The position numbers and the translations under genes are program-made. A DNA stretch of 64,000 nt from Amoebophrya sp. A120 (taxonomy: Eukaryota; Protista; Dinoflagellata). Shown one piece after another: positions 1-12,244 of the stretch (position 1 is its first letter; the number at the start of each line of letters is the position of its first letter). The DNA lies in contig CAJINV010000005.1 of NCBI GenBank assembly GCA_905178155.1, positions 2,544,054 through 2,608,053 on the forward strand, written 5' to 3'. Below the pieces are notes generated by a model. It saw only the letters and a program-made list of their open reading frames with translations. It did not search any database and was not told the DNA's origin.

Positions 1-62
1 GGCTTGCTGATGCCGACCAAATTATCTGCCGTTCTTCACAGCAGAAAAGAAAACATATCATC

Positions 63-1378
63 ATGGCGAACACGACGGGTCTGAGCGTTGTACCTGAAAC
101 GTACTTTCCAAGGAAGAGGCGAAGAAGGAGGAAGGCAGGGGCTCCAGGTGCTGGCGTCCTCTCCGTTACAACACTGCTTGCATCAGGTGCTCTCAACACT
201 AGTTGCGGATCAAGCTCCATGATGAAACAAGCGCATCCTCCTGCAGGGGCGGCCGCGATTTATTTGATGCAGCTTGTTTTCTCACCTCGCTTGCTGTTCG
301 CGCTTTTATTTTCAAGCTGCGGCTTGTTCAACGTTCTCGGCACGGGTGCGTTGTTTGTGAAAAAAAGGACGAACGCGTGGTCTTCTACTTCTGGTGCCGC
401 TGACAACTACACGAAGACCCGTCGTGCTGGTGCAACAGCCCTCGTGGACCACGACAAGAGTGGCCACAAAGTGGCTGCAACTTCGACTGCATTGGGCAGG
501 AGTCGCAAGATGCAGAACAAGTCTCAGGACGACAAGAAGCCCTGCGTGTGTGTGAACGAAGGTGACGACAAGTTTACCCAGGCTGCGGGTGACGCTCCGG
601 GGCAGTATTGGCTGAACGCAACTGGGATCCAGGACACTGCTTACGGAAAGGAATACGAGTATAATTATGTGTTTTTGATTTGTTGACATGAAAAATGTGC
701 TGGTGCTGGGATGATTTTTTGAGACCACGCTACAAGAATTTGCCAGAGCGTACAATTTGTTTCAAATTTAATTCATCATTCCTACGGTGGCAGGTGAAGA
801 AAAATCATCTTCTTTCTTCAATGAAAACAGAGGCACCTTCGGCGGCAAAGGCGATTACGGCGAGTACTGTTTTGCGTGGGAGGATGAGGTGGTCGGCGGG
901 AAGGCCGGTACCAACCAGGACTGCCGGGGCACGGACGACGACCGGCCAAGCTGGTGTGTGGAGAAGTGGTGCTACGTGAAGGAAGCAGATTCTCCCTTCC
1001 CCTCATTTGTCATGCAAAATGCCTAATTTACGCCTCGGCTCTTGGCACTGTTTGCATGACAAGTTCTGGCGCGACCCCAAATAGCACTACACTCCTGTTC
1101 AAATTTGTCATGCGAAATCTGCATTCTTGCTGACGCTTGTATTGCTTTTCATGCAATAGTACAAGTGAGGGGGAGGGGGAGTTGTGCACTTTCATAGTTG
1201 CTACGTGAAGGAAGCAGATTCCACCACCGCAGCGATTGACGCGACGGAGGCGCCGGACTGCGCGAATTTGGACGACGTCGTGAAGGCGACGTATGGTGCC
1301 AACCCGTCCATGGACCTCTACTACTCCTTCAAGTACTGCACGACAACCACGACCACTACCACGATCGAGGCTGGGTAG
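63..1378 (+). CDS. Cys/Trp-rich kringle-like secreted protein, paralogue 1 (3 exons)
   Basis: Exons 63(or ~220)-658, 831-~992, ~1222-1378; GT-AG intron 659-830 plus one introner. Spliced: CVCVNEG...YWLN...YGKEYEGTFGGKGDYGEYCFAWEDE...PSWCVEKWCYVK...CAN...LYYSFKYC-TTTTTTTT. Start codon uncertain. Confidence 0.8.
973..1196. mobile_element. Introner family E (TATGAAAGTGCACAACTCCCC), left end overwritten
   Basis: Right TIR GGGGGAGTTGTGCACTTTCATA; DR GGTGC/GTTGC. Confidence 0.75.
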
Positions 1379-2108
1379 GGAGCAGTGCACGCGAAAGAGG
1401 AACACGGTGGTGGAGATGCTGGTGGCACGTAAGTCGTTTGTTGTACTTAATGCAGGAGGGTGAGGAACACGGGGGCAGGAGCAGATGTGCTGATGATATG
1501 TAGGATAGTACCGCAACTTTCGGGCGGTTTAGCTACTTATTTTATGGTTTTTTGTGATTATTGGCGGGGCCTCCGCTTGAGAGCAGACTTTGTCTTTGCT
1601 TTCTGAAGATCCCCAATAGAGCAAGATCCAAATCAATGTATGATATCAATGCACTCCCATTGCTGGATTTAAATTTTATATGTCACGGTTTCCAAGAATA
1701 GCACCGCCTTTCAATAGCTGGACGCGAAAATAAGCCTAGAAGAAATGGGGACCTTGCACATACTCGGCAAAGAAAGGGAACACGAAGTAGGCTGTCAGGC
1801 GAGGGTGACGAGAGTGGAGTAGAACGAGCTTTTTTTACAGAAGCAAGAAAAATTATTAAAGCTGCCTTCCGCTACTTCCCTGGTAGCGACCTGTAGTTGA
1901 AGCTGCGTCGTCAGACCTCTTCGAAAAGCGAGAGGGGCACTGAGGTGCAATGTTTTGGATATGCGAGTGATGAAGAGCTTGAACTACTTTTAGCCCCGGC
2001 TTCATCGTCCTATAAACACTACAATCGTCGACGAACTAGAACTACAACGAAGAAACGTTTTGCGCACCATTGTGCTGCTGTAGCACAACTCCGTTGGGCG
2101 GAGCGGGA

Positions 2109-4281
2109 ATGGTGGAGCGTAGCTGCAGGGGCACTTGGGCAAGAAGGGCGGTTCTTGCCGCAGGTGGTCCCTCGGGTGCAGCGCAGGTACTATGATTCAC
2201 CACTTTTAGACCTGACAGACTGATAGCTTTTACGAGGACAAAGTGCCAGTTCATCTTTTCTGCTGACGAACATATCTTGTTTCATTTGCATGTTGTGGTC
2301 ACTTTAACAATCTTTTGAATTGCTTGCAGCGATTTATTTTTCTTAGTTTTTGTATATCGTTTTGATTTTGTTGAGCTCCTACTCGCAGATACTCAAACGC
2401 ATCTCCTTAAATGTAATCTTAAAGTCCGTCGTCGCTCTGAACCTGAAGCACAAAGACAAACTGGACCTCCAAGATGACGTCGTGGCAAAGAAATCCAGTA
2501 AAGATAAAGCCGCCTTAATGTCGACTGCTGGCTCCAGCGGGGAAGATGTTGAGACAGAGACCTCCAAGATGACATCTTCTTCCTCTACTTCTTTGAAGTC
2601 TACAAAATCCACCAGGAAGAAAAGAACAAAAACAGCAGGCGACGGCGATGACGACGAGGAGGACGACGATGCTGCGGAGGCAGCAGACGCAGACGCGGAG
2701 GAGACCACTGAAGGAGAAGATAACGAGGACCACGCTGCGTCGGACGAGGACGTCGAGGCGGAAGAATGCGTGTGCGTGAACGAGGGCACCGTGCTGATGA
2801 ACGAGCCCGATAAGTTTACCGCACCAAAACCGGACGCGGAAGGCCAGGCCTGGCTCAACAACACAACGGGCTATCCTGAGGAAAAACTACGTCTCCAACT
2901 TGGCGGCCTTGCTACACAAATTTGAATCAACACACTTTAGCTAGTGTTTGCTCGCATGTTGACAAGTTTATTCGTGTCCCTGTAGGCTAGTTCTGTTTGA
3001 GGTAGTCCTTGCGCAGACGCATCACAAATCGAGTACATGATCCTGGTGCCAGCGTCATAAATTTCCAAATAGCTGCATATTGGCAAATTATGGAGGACCT
3101 GATTGAGCTGCGCGTGAGAAAGACAAACATTTTGGACCGCGTGCTACTTTGCATGACAAGGAGGTCTTCCGGGCAGCTGGGGACGTTTTTACAAATGATA
3201 CGGACGAGAGCGCACCGTCTGCGTATGTGGATACACCGTACGGGCAAAACTACACAAAAGTGTACGGCTAACCAAGAAAAAAATCGTGTTTGCTGCAGCT
3301 GCTACCATACAGGACAGTCGTGACGCCTGCCATTTTAAGTAGATACCACCGATAGCATCTTTTACTTTTTGTTTTAGGGTTTTCATTGAGCCTGGCTATT
3401 GGCATTGCAGCTATAAATCTTCCATGACAAGTTTTCATCCCTGTCCTCCAAGCCAATTTTGTCAAGGTCATACCATGTCAGTATCTTGACTCTTTCAACG
3501 AAGAAAGTATACACTAACACACCTTTTTTTCTTGTACAACGACGGGCCGGTCGACTACGGAGAATACTGCCGAGCCTGGGAAGACGAGTGCACCGGTGGG
3601 AAGGCGGGGTTGAGTACCTCCTGCAAAGTCACCAACGCGGACACAGAGTGCCCAAGCGGGACAAGCTACGACGAGGACAAAGACGACAAACCAGACTGGT
3701 GTGCCGCCAAATGGTGCTACGTGAAGACAAAGTCGGCAAAGAACGGAGAGATCGCTAGCTACACGAAGTTACCTAATAGCAAGTTGGATTGATCTCGGTG
3801 TGAAAGTGAAAAGAACTTGTCGTGGTGCTGCATTGCGAAGAAAACGAGCATTGGACAGCATTTTACCAACAACAAGTGTGCGATCCAGGAGGTATGATCA
3901 CAAGTTTCATTTGGGACCACGCGTTCATCTCCACCTGTGCAGCGCGCTACATGGTTGCACGACTACATGGTTGCACGACAAACAAGGAAAGTGCGCGTCT
4001 TGTGAGTCATGTTGGTATTCTACTTGCACAGGTTCTACTTCATCTGCAGGTCTAGAAGATAAACCCTGTGCATGCGCGTTTCTCTTTTCCAGACCCAGAT
4101 CGATGTTTCCATTTGGTAAAGACTCGCCGGACACCACGAGAACGGACCGAAGTGCAGCAACATCGACGACGTGGCGCGATCCTCCTACGGAAACCTCAAC
4201 GTGTGGTACAGCTACAACTACTGCGCAACGACCGCAACCAAGACGAACACAGTTGTCACCGTCCTGGACAAGAGCAAGTAA
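2109..4281 (+). CDS. Cys/Trp-rich secreted protein, paralogue 2, acidic linker
   Basis: Putative ATG 2109, GT-AG intron 2187-2424, three introners. Motifs ECVCVNEG, QAWLN, DYGEYCRAWEDEC, PDWCAAKWCYV, CSNI, VWYSYNYC; TAA 4279-4281. Confidence 0.75.
2872..3200. mobile_element. Introner family A (TATCCTGAGTAAAAACGTCCCC)
   Basis: DR CGGGC/CGGAC; frame restored. Confidence 0.8.
3269..3538. mobile_element. Introner, degenerate TIR
   Basis: DR ACGGC/ACGAC; restores YGGPVDYGEYC. Confidence 0.7.
3760..4117. mobile_element. Old introner (family B right end), AG acceptor at 4120-4121
   Basis: TTCCAGACCCAGA near the right end; frame restored. Confidence 0.55.
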
Positions 4282-5403
4282 AATCTTGGAGACCTTCGAC
4301 GCCGTCGCAAGAAAGGGCCTGCACTTCTACCACGAGGAGCCAGCAATTGCATTTCTGGGGGTGGAGTGCAAAGCAGACCGGACGGTGTTCGACGTTCCGC
4401 GGCACACGGAGGCGGAACTGGTCGTGCAAGCAGGAGGACTAAAACGAGTCATATAAAAATCAATTTTGTGGTGGTAAAGTTGTATATAATACCAAAGAAA
4501 AACCTGATCCTGAACGTGACGAAAATAGTAGCTCTTTGAGGTTGTATCCTATGGAAAAGTAAGCTGGTATCTTGTGGGAATGTTGGTATAAGTACCGTGT
4601 AAGATTGATGTCGGCAGATAACAAACTTTTACTTTAGTGGAAGTAAAAGTTTTTTCTTTTTACGTCTTTCCTTTGCCTTTGCCAAGCAGGGGCATGCAAA
4701 CTACTTGCGAAAGAACGCTTCACAGCTTTTTTATGGTCTTCACAGACGGGTGAAAAAACGAAAGACAAAGATCGCGGTTTTTCTTCCTAGAGAATAAAGC
4801 CTCAAACTCAAACTGGTGCAGATGATCGACGTTGATGGAAATATGGGATTAAGTAAGGATTTTTGATTGCTTTAGACAGTTTATGATATATTACAACTAC
4901 AAATCGAACAAGACTAAAGTGAAAGTAAGGGACGACTGGTCCTTGCGGGCCAGTACTTATCGGTGACCCTGTTCTGCTACAATGATAACACCATTCTGAA
5001 TTGTAATTGTTGACGGGGGATAGGGGTATAATTTTGATTTCTTCGCGGGCGAAGCAGGGGCATGCCATGGGCATGGCAACAGGCAGAGAATCGGAGTGAA
5101 AGTGCGAAGAGTCGGAGTGGGGGGCGACTGTGCGTACTTCTGTGCTGCTGACCGGCGGCGCGGAGGACGCAGCGCAATTGAAGGAAACAAAAATTTGAGA
5201 GCACAAAAAAGGACCATATACGAAAGTTTCTACTATGCGCTTATTACAAGTTCCAGACCCAATCTTTCTACGCATGTCTTCGCTTTCGGTAGATGTAGAG
5301 CGAGCAGTAGCAAGGGAAAAATAGGACGAGCCCAGAACTTGAAGTCGGCGAAGAACTGAAAGAATACCACTTTTTAAGTAGACCCACCGCCTGCTGCAAC
5401 GTC

Positions 5404-8400
5404 ATGATGTCGTCGACGACAGGAGGAGCAAAAAATCCAAACTTCCTGCGGACGACCGGCGCCAGCAGCCTTCGCCGCGCACCGGTTCCGCCCTCGAGCA
5501 CCAGCCGGGGGCTGGTACTTGTAAATGCGTACTTCTACATGTGGCGCTGTACTAGTACCACGCACGGCATGCACATCAAAGTGGACGACCACGACGCAGA
5601 CGCAGATATCTCCGCGAAGGTAGTTGCGCAACACCAACTAGTACCCGCGTCAGCATCTACTAGTAGCGCAACTTCATCAACGTCAAAAATAATCCACGAC
5701 ACGAAGCTGCTGCAGCAGACGCCGGAGGAGTGCATGTGCGTGAATTCGGGCCTGAATGCGGACCGTGTGAGTGACAGGTTCACCCCGGCACCCGAGGGGA
5801 TGCCGAACTATCCTGAGTAAAAACGTCCCCACACCAGAGTTGTCATGCAGATTTGCAATGACAGGAACAGAACATTTGTAATGCGCATCGCCAGGAGAGG
5901 CATTTTTAGTAGTGTTTTGGAATTTGTAATGCTGTAAACAGGATGAGCAAATGGATTTCTGACGCAGCTGGCCTTGCGAACCTGCGCTACACTACGGACT
6001 GCAACTTGTGATGCGTGACCCCCAAAAGTTCTAGGTTTGTGTTGCAAAATCCCCATCTTGACTCTGGTGTGGGGATGTTTTTACTCAGAATACGAACCAA
6101 ACGTGGTTCAGCACCACGGCTGACGCGAGTGGCAAGTATCCGGACTCGCCCTATATCAAATGCAAAAATGTCTGGGTCTGGAAGATTTCCAGGTTTGTCA
6201 TGCATATTTCGCATGAGCTATGATGCCTGTAATGCATGACCTAGCATGACAGATTTTTTGCGGGTATCTTGATGCCTATCCCGCATGACAAATGCCCTCT
6301 CCGCGGAGCAAAAACTGGACGCCTCTTGCTGCTCATGCAATACAGATATTTTTAGATTTCAAAAATAGCATCACAAGTTGCATTCTTCCAGACCCAGACA
6401 TTTTTGCAATCCATACCCTACGGCCAAGTATGATGTGAGAAAAATGTGTTACAGGCACACATTGGCTGGACCTTTACTTCATCAGCACAAACATTCTCTG
6501 CATGGCAGAGAAGTACTATAGATACTTGTAATGCAGCGATTCTTACAGATTGATCACAAGGAATTTTTATTGAGCATATTGTATGAAATTATATCTACAA
6601 CTAGGCTCGGGCTCCTGAGAGTATCCGGCATGACAGAACTTGTCTGTCTTGCTTGGCCTGCGTCGTAACACTCTTTTCTTCGCATAGGAAGTGTACACTG
6701 ACCAGTACGGGGGGCCCGCGGACTATCAAACAAAAGAAGTTCGTCACGCTTACTCATGCGCATTTGTTGGAACTCTCCGTCATGCGCAAGAACAATGCGT
6801 CAACGCAGTCAGACTCCATGGGCGATTTCATCCCTTGTGTTTGCGAAATAAGTTGTACAAGGAAAATAATTTCCTGTGAAGATGCCAGAAAAATCTCTGA
6901 TGCAAATAGACCTGCAAGTTCCTGTGATGAACCGTTTTTTCTCTCTTCCATACGGACTATGGGGAGTACTGTCGCGCGTGGGAAGACGAGTGCGCCTCGA
7001 TTGGGGGCAAGGCTGGCGAGTATGAAAGCCTCAGAATGGAAATCCTCAAAGTGGAAATAAGTAATTTGTGATGCATGAAATGCAAGGCAAAAAAGCCTGT
7101 ATTGCAGAGGACACAATTGAGGCCGACTATTGCCCTGCTAGGGGTGAAGAATTGGGCTGCTGATTAGCACGACAGGATGGCACCCCTTTGCCTAACTAGC
7201 ATGACAGGCACGTTTTGAGTGCCCAGGAAATTTGTCATGCGCCGACTACAATTGGCACTTTGACTGGAGTCGTTTTTTTGCATTACAAATTATTTCCAGT
7301 TTGAGGATTTCCAACCTGAGGCTTTCATAGCGAGACTTCCACGTGTGCAATCAGGGAGGAGGATTGCGGGACTGCTCTGGATACGAGGCCGGTTACCTGT
7401 ATGGAAGCGTCAGGTTTGAAATCGTCAGAGTTGAAATAATTTGCAATGCATAAGATGCAGGACCCGAGGCACGTGTGTTGCAGAGCAGGCAAGTGAGGCC
7501 GATTGTGAGCCTGTTTGGGGTTACAGCTCGAGCTGCTAAAGTAGCATGATGCAATCGCTCTTTTTTGCCTAAACAGCATGACAAACTGGATTTGGGGACC
7601 AGCGAAATTTGTCTTGCGCCACTTGAAAACTGGGTTCCAACTGGCATCCATTTTATGCATGACAAATTATTTCAACTTTGTCGATTTCAACTCTGACACA
7701 TCCATAACCTGCTCGAAGACCTGGTGCTACATCCGGACAAGCAGCGCGGTGAACGGCAACATCGCGAAAACGGACGCCATATGCATTCGCAAAAGTACTA
7801 TCGCACTCGTAATAAAAATCGCAGTCATGCAGGAGCATGACAAATCCAAGCTGTAACCTGAACTAGCATGACAAATTGAGTTTGTGTTCTTGCGAAAATT
7901 TGTAATGTGCTTCACATACTAGTGCAATACCAATACAACTTTTGCAATGCATACGACAATTTCCCGCCAGTGTGCTCCAACATCCCGGCGGCAAACCTGA
8001 CCGTCCAGAGCCGCGACAGCGTGCACCTGTTACGAATTGCAAAAGTATCGCACTAGTATAGCTTGCAATACCAATTGGCTCAGCATCACAAATTGAATTT
8101 GTAGTGCGGGTTTGCCATAGCACCTAGATTTGTAATGCATGGCCGCAATTAATAGTACTACTACTAGTACGATGCTTTTGCACAGGATGCCTGTGGTGGT
8201 CTTACGATTTCTGCACCACTACTACCACGACGACCACTTCTATGAAAGTGCACAACTCCCCGTCCCCCTCATTTGTCATGCCCAATATTGCTTACCAAGT
8301 CTAACACTCTGTGCCCCTTTGGAATGTTAGCATGACAGATTCTGGCAGGCCAAACACCACTACAATTCTGTGAAAATTTGTCATGCAAGAAAAGCTACAC

Positions 8401-9522
8401 TCTTGGTGCATGCCCTTCTTTTCTGTTCATGCAATACAAATGAGCGAGAGGGGGAGTACTAGTTGTGCACTGTTATAACTTCCACGTTGGCGGTTGAAAC
8501 TGTTTCCCCCAGCACCACCACCACCCCTGCGCCGGAGACGACACCTATCCTGAGCAAAAACGTCCCCACACCGTAGCCAAGATGGGGAAGCCGCTAGACA
8601 AATCAACAAGCCAATGATAAATTTGCCTTCGTAGTGTATTAATCCTGTTTAGCTACTTCAGCAGCGTCACAGATCTGGACTATCGTGCTGGGTGGAGCAT
8701 AACAAATACCGAAACACGACTAGAGCGTGTTGCACTCTCATGGGGCTTCGCATGAAAAGCATTTTTAGCATGCAGATTTGTACGTACAACTATGGAGAAG
8801 TGGGGACGTTTTCACAAAGGATAAGACCGAGTCCGGAGGAACTCGCCAAACTTCAAGCCGAGCTGCAGGCGGCCAGTATATGCATTGCAATATGTTTGGG
8901 TCTGAAAGAGTTTCGACTTCCATGCTAAGAGTCTGGTGCATACAAAAATCTGTCTTGCATGATATTACCATAAGCTGCACTCTTTTAATAAACCAACATG
9001 AGATGAGGGAGTTTCTCATGCAGGAGAGGCATGGCATATTAGTCTATGCCATGCCTCTCCTGCATGAGAAATTTGTCGTGCTAGGTCCACCTGCATTCCG
9101 GACCTGCTCATGGGGAATGGAAATTTTGCATGACAAGTTTGTATTCCACCTGCAGACCCAGACCTATTTGCATTTCATACGGTATGGGTGGCGACAGTAC
9201 CGCGAACGACACGAATACTACGGAGGAGCTCCTTCTAGCGTTACGGGGTGGAACAGGAAGATCCGCCGGCGATCACTCGGGGAGCACAACCACAACCACC
9301 GGTGGGAGCGGGGCGTCAACATCCACTGCTAGCACCGGCGGCGGCCACACCACTGACACTGAGGACGCTGCTGGCAAAAGTAGCGGTGCGCTTCTGCTGC
9401 AACAAACCAGGAGCGTGGAGGACGACGTCTCTGGTGGTGTTCACGATTCGTCTTCGAGCGGCGGGGGCTCCGACCACTTTGGCGGCGGCCAAGACCTCGC
9501 TGGTGGCTCCGGCTACTACTAG
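5404..9522 (+). CDS. Cys/Trp-rich secreted protein, paralogue 3, with 11 introners
   Basis: Removing 11 TA...TA elements plus one direct repeat each gives one continuous frame: ECMCVN...NQTWF...YGQVYTDQYGGPADYGEYCRAWEDEC...CSKTWCYIR...CSNI...LWWSYDFC-T-rich, then a G/S/T-rich tail to TAG 9522. Confidence 0.85.
5809..6092. mobile_element. Introner family A
   Basis: ~32-bp near-perfect TIR; DR CGAAC/CGAAC. Confidence 0.92.
6154..6415. mobile_element. Introner family B (TATCAAATGCAAAAATGTCTGGGTCTGGAA)
   Basis: DR CCCTA/CCCTA. Confidence 0.92.
6429..6686. mobile_element. Introner family I (TAT..GAGAAAAA.GTGTTAC)
   Basis: TIR like 29788-30007; DR CCAAG/GGAAG. Confidence 0.7.
6724..6952. mobile_element. 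Introner
   Basis: DR CGGAC/CGGAC; restores ADYGEYC. Confidence 0.85.
7021..7329. mobile_element. Introner family C (TATGAAAGCCTCAG..TGGAAATCCTCAAA)
   Basis: ~40-bp TIR; DR GCGAG/GCGAG. Confidence 0.92.
7400..7706. mobile_element. Introner family C2
   Basis: DR ACCTG/ACCTG. Confidence 0.9.
7780..7953. mobile_element. Introner family D (TATGCATTGCAAAAGTATCG)
   Basis: DR CGCCA/CGACA. Confidence 0.85.
8031..8189. mobile_element. Introner family D
   Basis: DR CCTGT/CCTGT. Confidence 0.85.
8241..8477. mobile_element. Introner family E
   Basis: DR ACTTC/ACTTC. Confidence 0.88.
8546..8823. mobile_element. Introner family A
   Basis: DR ACACC/AGACC. Confidence 0.85.
8879..9179. mobile_element. 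Introner family B
   Basis: DR CAGTA/CGGTA. Confidence 0.85.
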
Positions 9523-12244
9523 TTTTCGGGAATAAAAACGGATGGTGCCCTCGTCCAACTCCTGCCTGCTCGGGGCACCAGACGTCGAAAAACGTTCTCC
9601 TGAGTAGAAGGAGACGAAGAAATACGATAGAAAGCGACGTCGACGACAAACTTACGGCAGGACGAAATTGCTATCTTCGCGTATCAGTTCCAAAACAACT
9701 CGAAGTCGGCACGACTAGCAACAACACGACATGATCACGCCGGATGAAGTTCCTCGGCGGAGGATCATGGGCAAGGAGATTGTAGCCACACGAAGTGAAA
9801 CACTGGTAAACGAGGAGGACCCGCGTCCGGGCTCGGATGAAGATTGGCCGCGATAATTTCTTTCTGCCGGAGAGCAGCAAGGCAACACAGGAGGTGGTGG
9901 GCAGCACAGCCACAGATTTTGGTGAATATTAATGCTAGCAGTCTTGAAGAACTAATCTCGCACGGAGGTGGCCGGTAGGGGCGCAAGAATCTAAAGCAAA
10001 CCAAATATGACGAAACTTCTTCTACTGACCTCGTGCCGCCAGCCGCAATCGCAGTCGACGCCGAACACGAAGTGAAAGAGTTTTTCAACAGCATCTTCCC
10101 GAACACGAAGTGAAAGAGTCGTTCGGCGTTCGTGCCTTTCACGCTCACCGAGGAGTTCGTCCCCGGGCCAAGGTCGAGTAAGAAGAAGGACCGCGTTTTA
10201 AATAATACTGGCCTTCTTGCGGGAACGGAATTCGAATCTTTAGTGGGCGACGAAGATAAAAAGTACAACTACAACACCACCCGCTCCTACGTAGTGCGGG
10301 AAGGGGCACGAGCAGGATAAGAACAGTCCTGCAACCCAACCGGCGCGGGAAGAAGAGTCCTGGTGGGGAGCAAAGCCAAACGCGGAAGATGATCAGTTGT
10401 GTCGCATCAAGGACTCTACTTACGGCGGGGACGAGGACAACGGCACATGTTGCGGAAGGAAAATTTCGTCCATAAAGTGCTACCAATACCTGCTTCTTAC
10501 TGTATCTTTATGATGTAGATGAAGGTGTAGAAGGAAACGAAGTGCTCATGTAATATCTTCTCTACTTCAGTGAATATCAATATTCATCGAGACCACAGAT
10601 AAACTACGGCGTTTTTTTTTACGAGGATCATCTGAGGAACGATGAATCTCGACATTGTCTCAAATTCGTGCAGCAGCTCCGTGGCTTCCTTTGCCAAGCA
10701 AGATGACGCGAAGAAGCAGGAAGTAGTACCAGTCTCGTCGGTGGAAGTCATGGGCAGAGACGATTTAAAAAAAGTAGAAAATTCAAGTAGAGAATCGGGC
10801 TTCCGTAGCGGTTCGTGCGTTGAGGTGGCAATCAGGATAAGACTGCGGAATACATAAGAAGTTTTAGAAACTTCAAAAAAGCTAATTTGTTTGCCCAAGG
10901 TAAAGAATCAAAATCATTTGAAACAAAAAGAACGCTACTTAGTCGTAGGTTTCAGTCTCACGACACGAGAATAGAGCCCCTTCCCTGGGCTGCTTTCTTT
11001 GGACAGACTCACTGGCAGAGATAATGAGTACCACAGATTTTAATCCTGATGTTCTGTAGTTTTGACAACATACACGCCAACAAGTTGAGAGAAAAGCTGC
11101 TTGGTGTTTCAGAAATTGAATGTCGTTATGGTTAACGTTCAAATTCTTAGGCAGGTCTGTTTTCCCCCTTTTTTTTTTTCTTTTTTCTAGTCTGCGGAAC
11201 AGTAAAACGAAGTGCGTATCCTAGCTGCACTGGCAGCCGACCTTACGCGCACCATCAGAAGTGCGGAACTGGCCGGCCTTTGTGGTGTCTCACCATCAGA
11301 AGTGCGAACTACGGGGGCCGGGGCGTACAGCCTAAAGTTCTAAAAGTTCTAAAGTCCCATCGCGCGATAGATAGATAGATAACGCATAACGCATCAAAGT
11401 TGACCCCACAACTTTTTTTCTTAGGAATAATCATCGCGCACGAGTATGTATTCATTGAGGAGTGGAGAAGTGACAGGACACAAGCACGTGGACTTGGCAG
11501 GGATTACAACTGTGGGACAGCCAGCCACCAGGAGGATGAACAAGGAGAGGTGAGTGTATATGTGTAAATGCCTGGTGCATGTCTGATATATGCTCTGGTA
11601 TAGGAATGCTAGTTTCAGTTTGCAACGCTTTTGCGCTACGTTTGCTTTTCCACGTTGGTCCTGGGGTGCAGATGAGCGAGCGAACGAAGTTAGAATACGT
11701 GCAATATGTTCAATACATGCGTTTTTCCTCCGAAAGTAAAAGCGAGAGCCCCCCTTATAATTAGGTGTTTCCGTGTTGCGCTACACGATCAATGATTTTT
11801 TTAGGTGGCTGATTCTGATATTGTATAGGCAATTTGGCGCGTCGTTTTGTATTTCCCATTGGTGCGGTACGAAGATGAAGTGTGCTAGTAGTGTGCTACA
11901 CCGATTTAAAATTGTCGCTTTCATCTTCTGTGATTTTGCTCTTGCGCAGAAGCGTTGTGTCAACGCGACTTCAGCCGATGGCTCTAGAGAACTATCGACG
12001 ATTGGCAAGTATGTTGCGCACTCACTTTGTTGCGTCCTTCTTCCAGAAGTGGTCATGACCATCATTGTGAAAAAATCCAAAGGTCCTTCCTCATTCACAG
12101 ATGAAGAGGGAAAGAAGAATTTAAATTATTGAAAAAATTCAATTTTAACAGAAAATAGCCGTAGGGTTTGAGATATCTTCGAGAGAAAATAACGCTTCAT
12201 TTGTTGCGTGTGTTTTTCGCACCGCGGTGCAGAAACGGAGGAAA

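Noticed and set aside
8571-8579. CCGTAGCCA matching the start of the dinoflagellate spliced leader
   Set aside because: Only 9 nt, inside an introner, and not followed by TTTTGGCTCAAG.
5809-9179. Regularly interspersed repeats resembling a CRISPR array or bacterial REP/IS elements
   Set aside because: The repeats are inverted pairs from different families, the intervening DNA is exonic, there are no cas genes, and GT-AG introns indicate a eukaryote.
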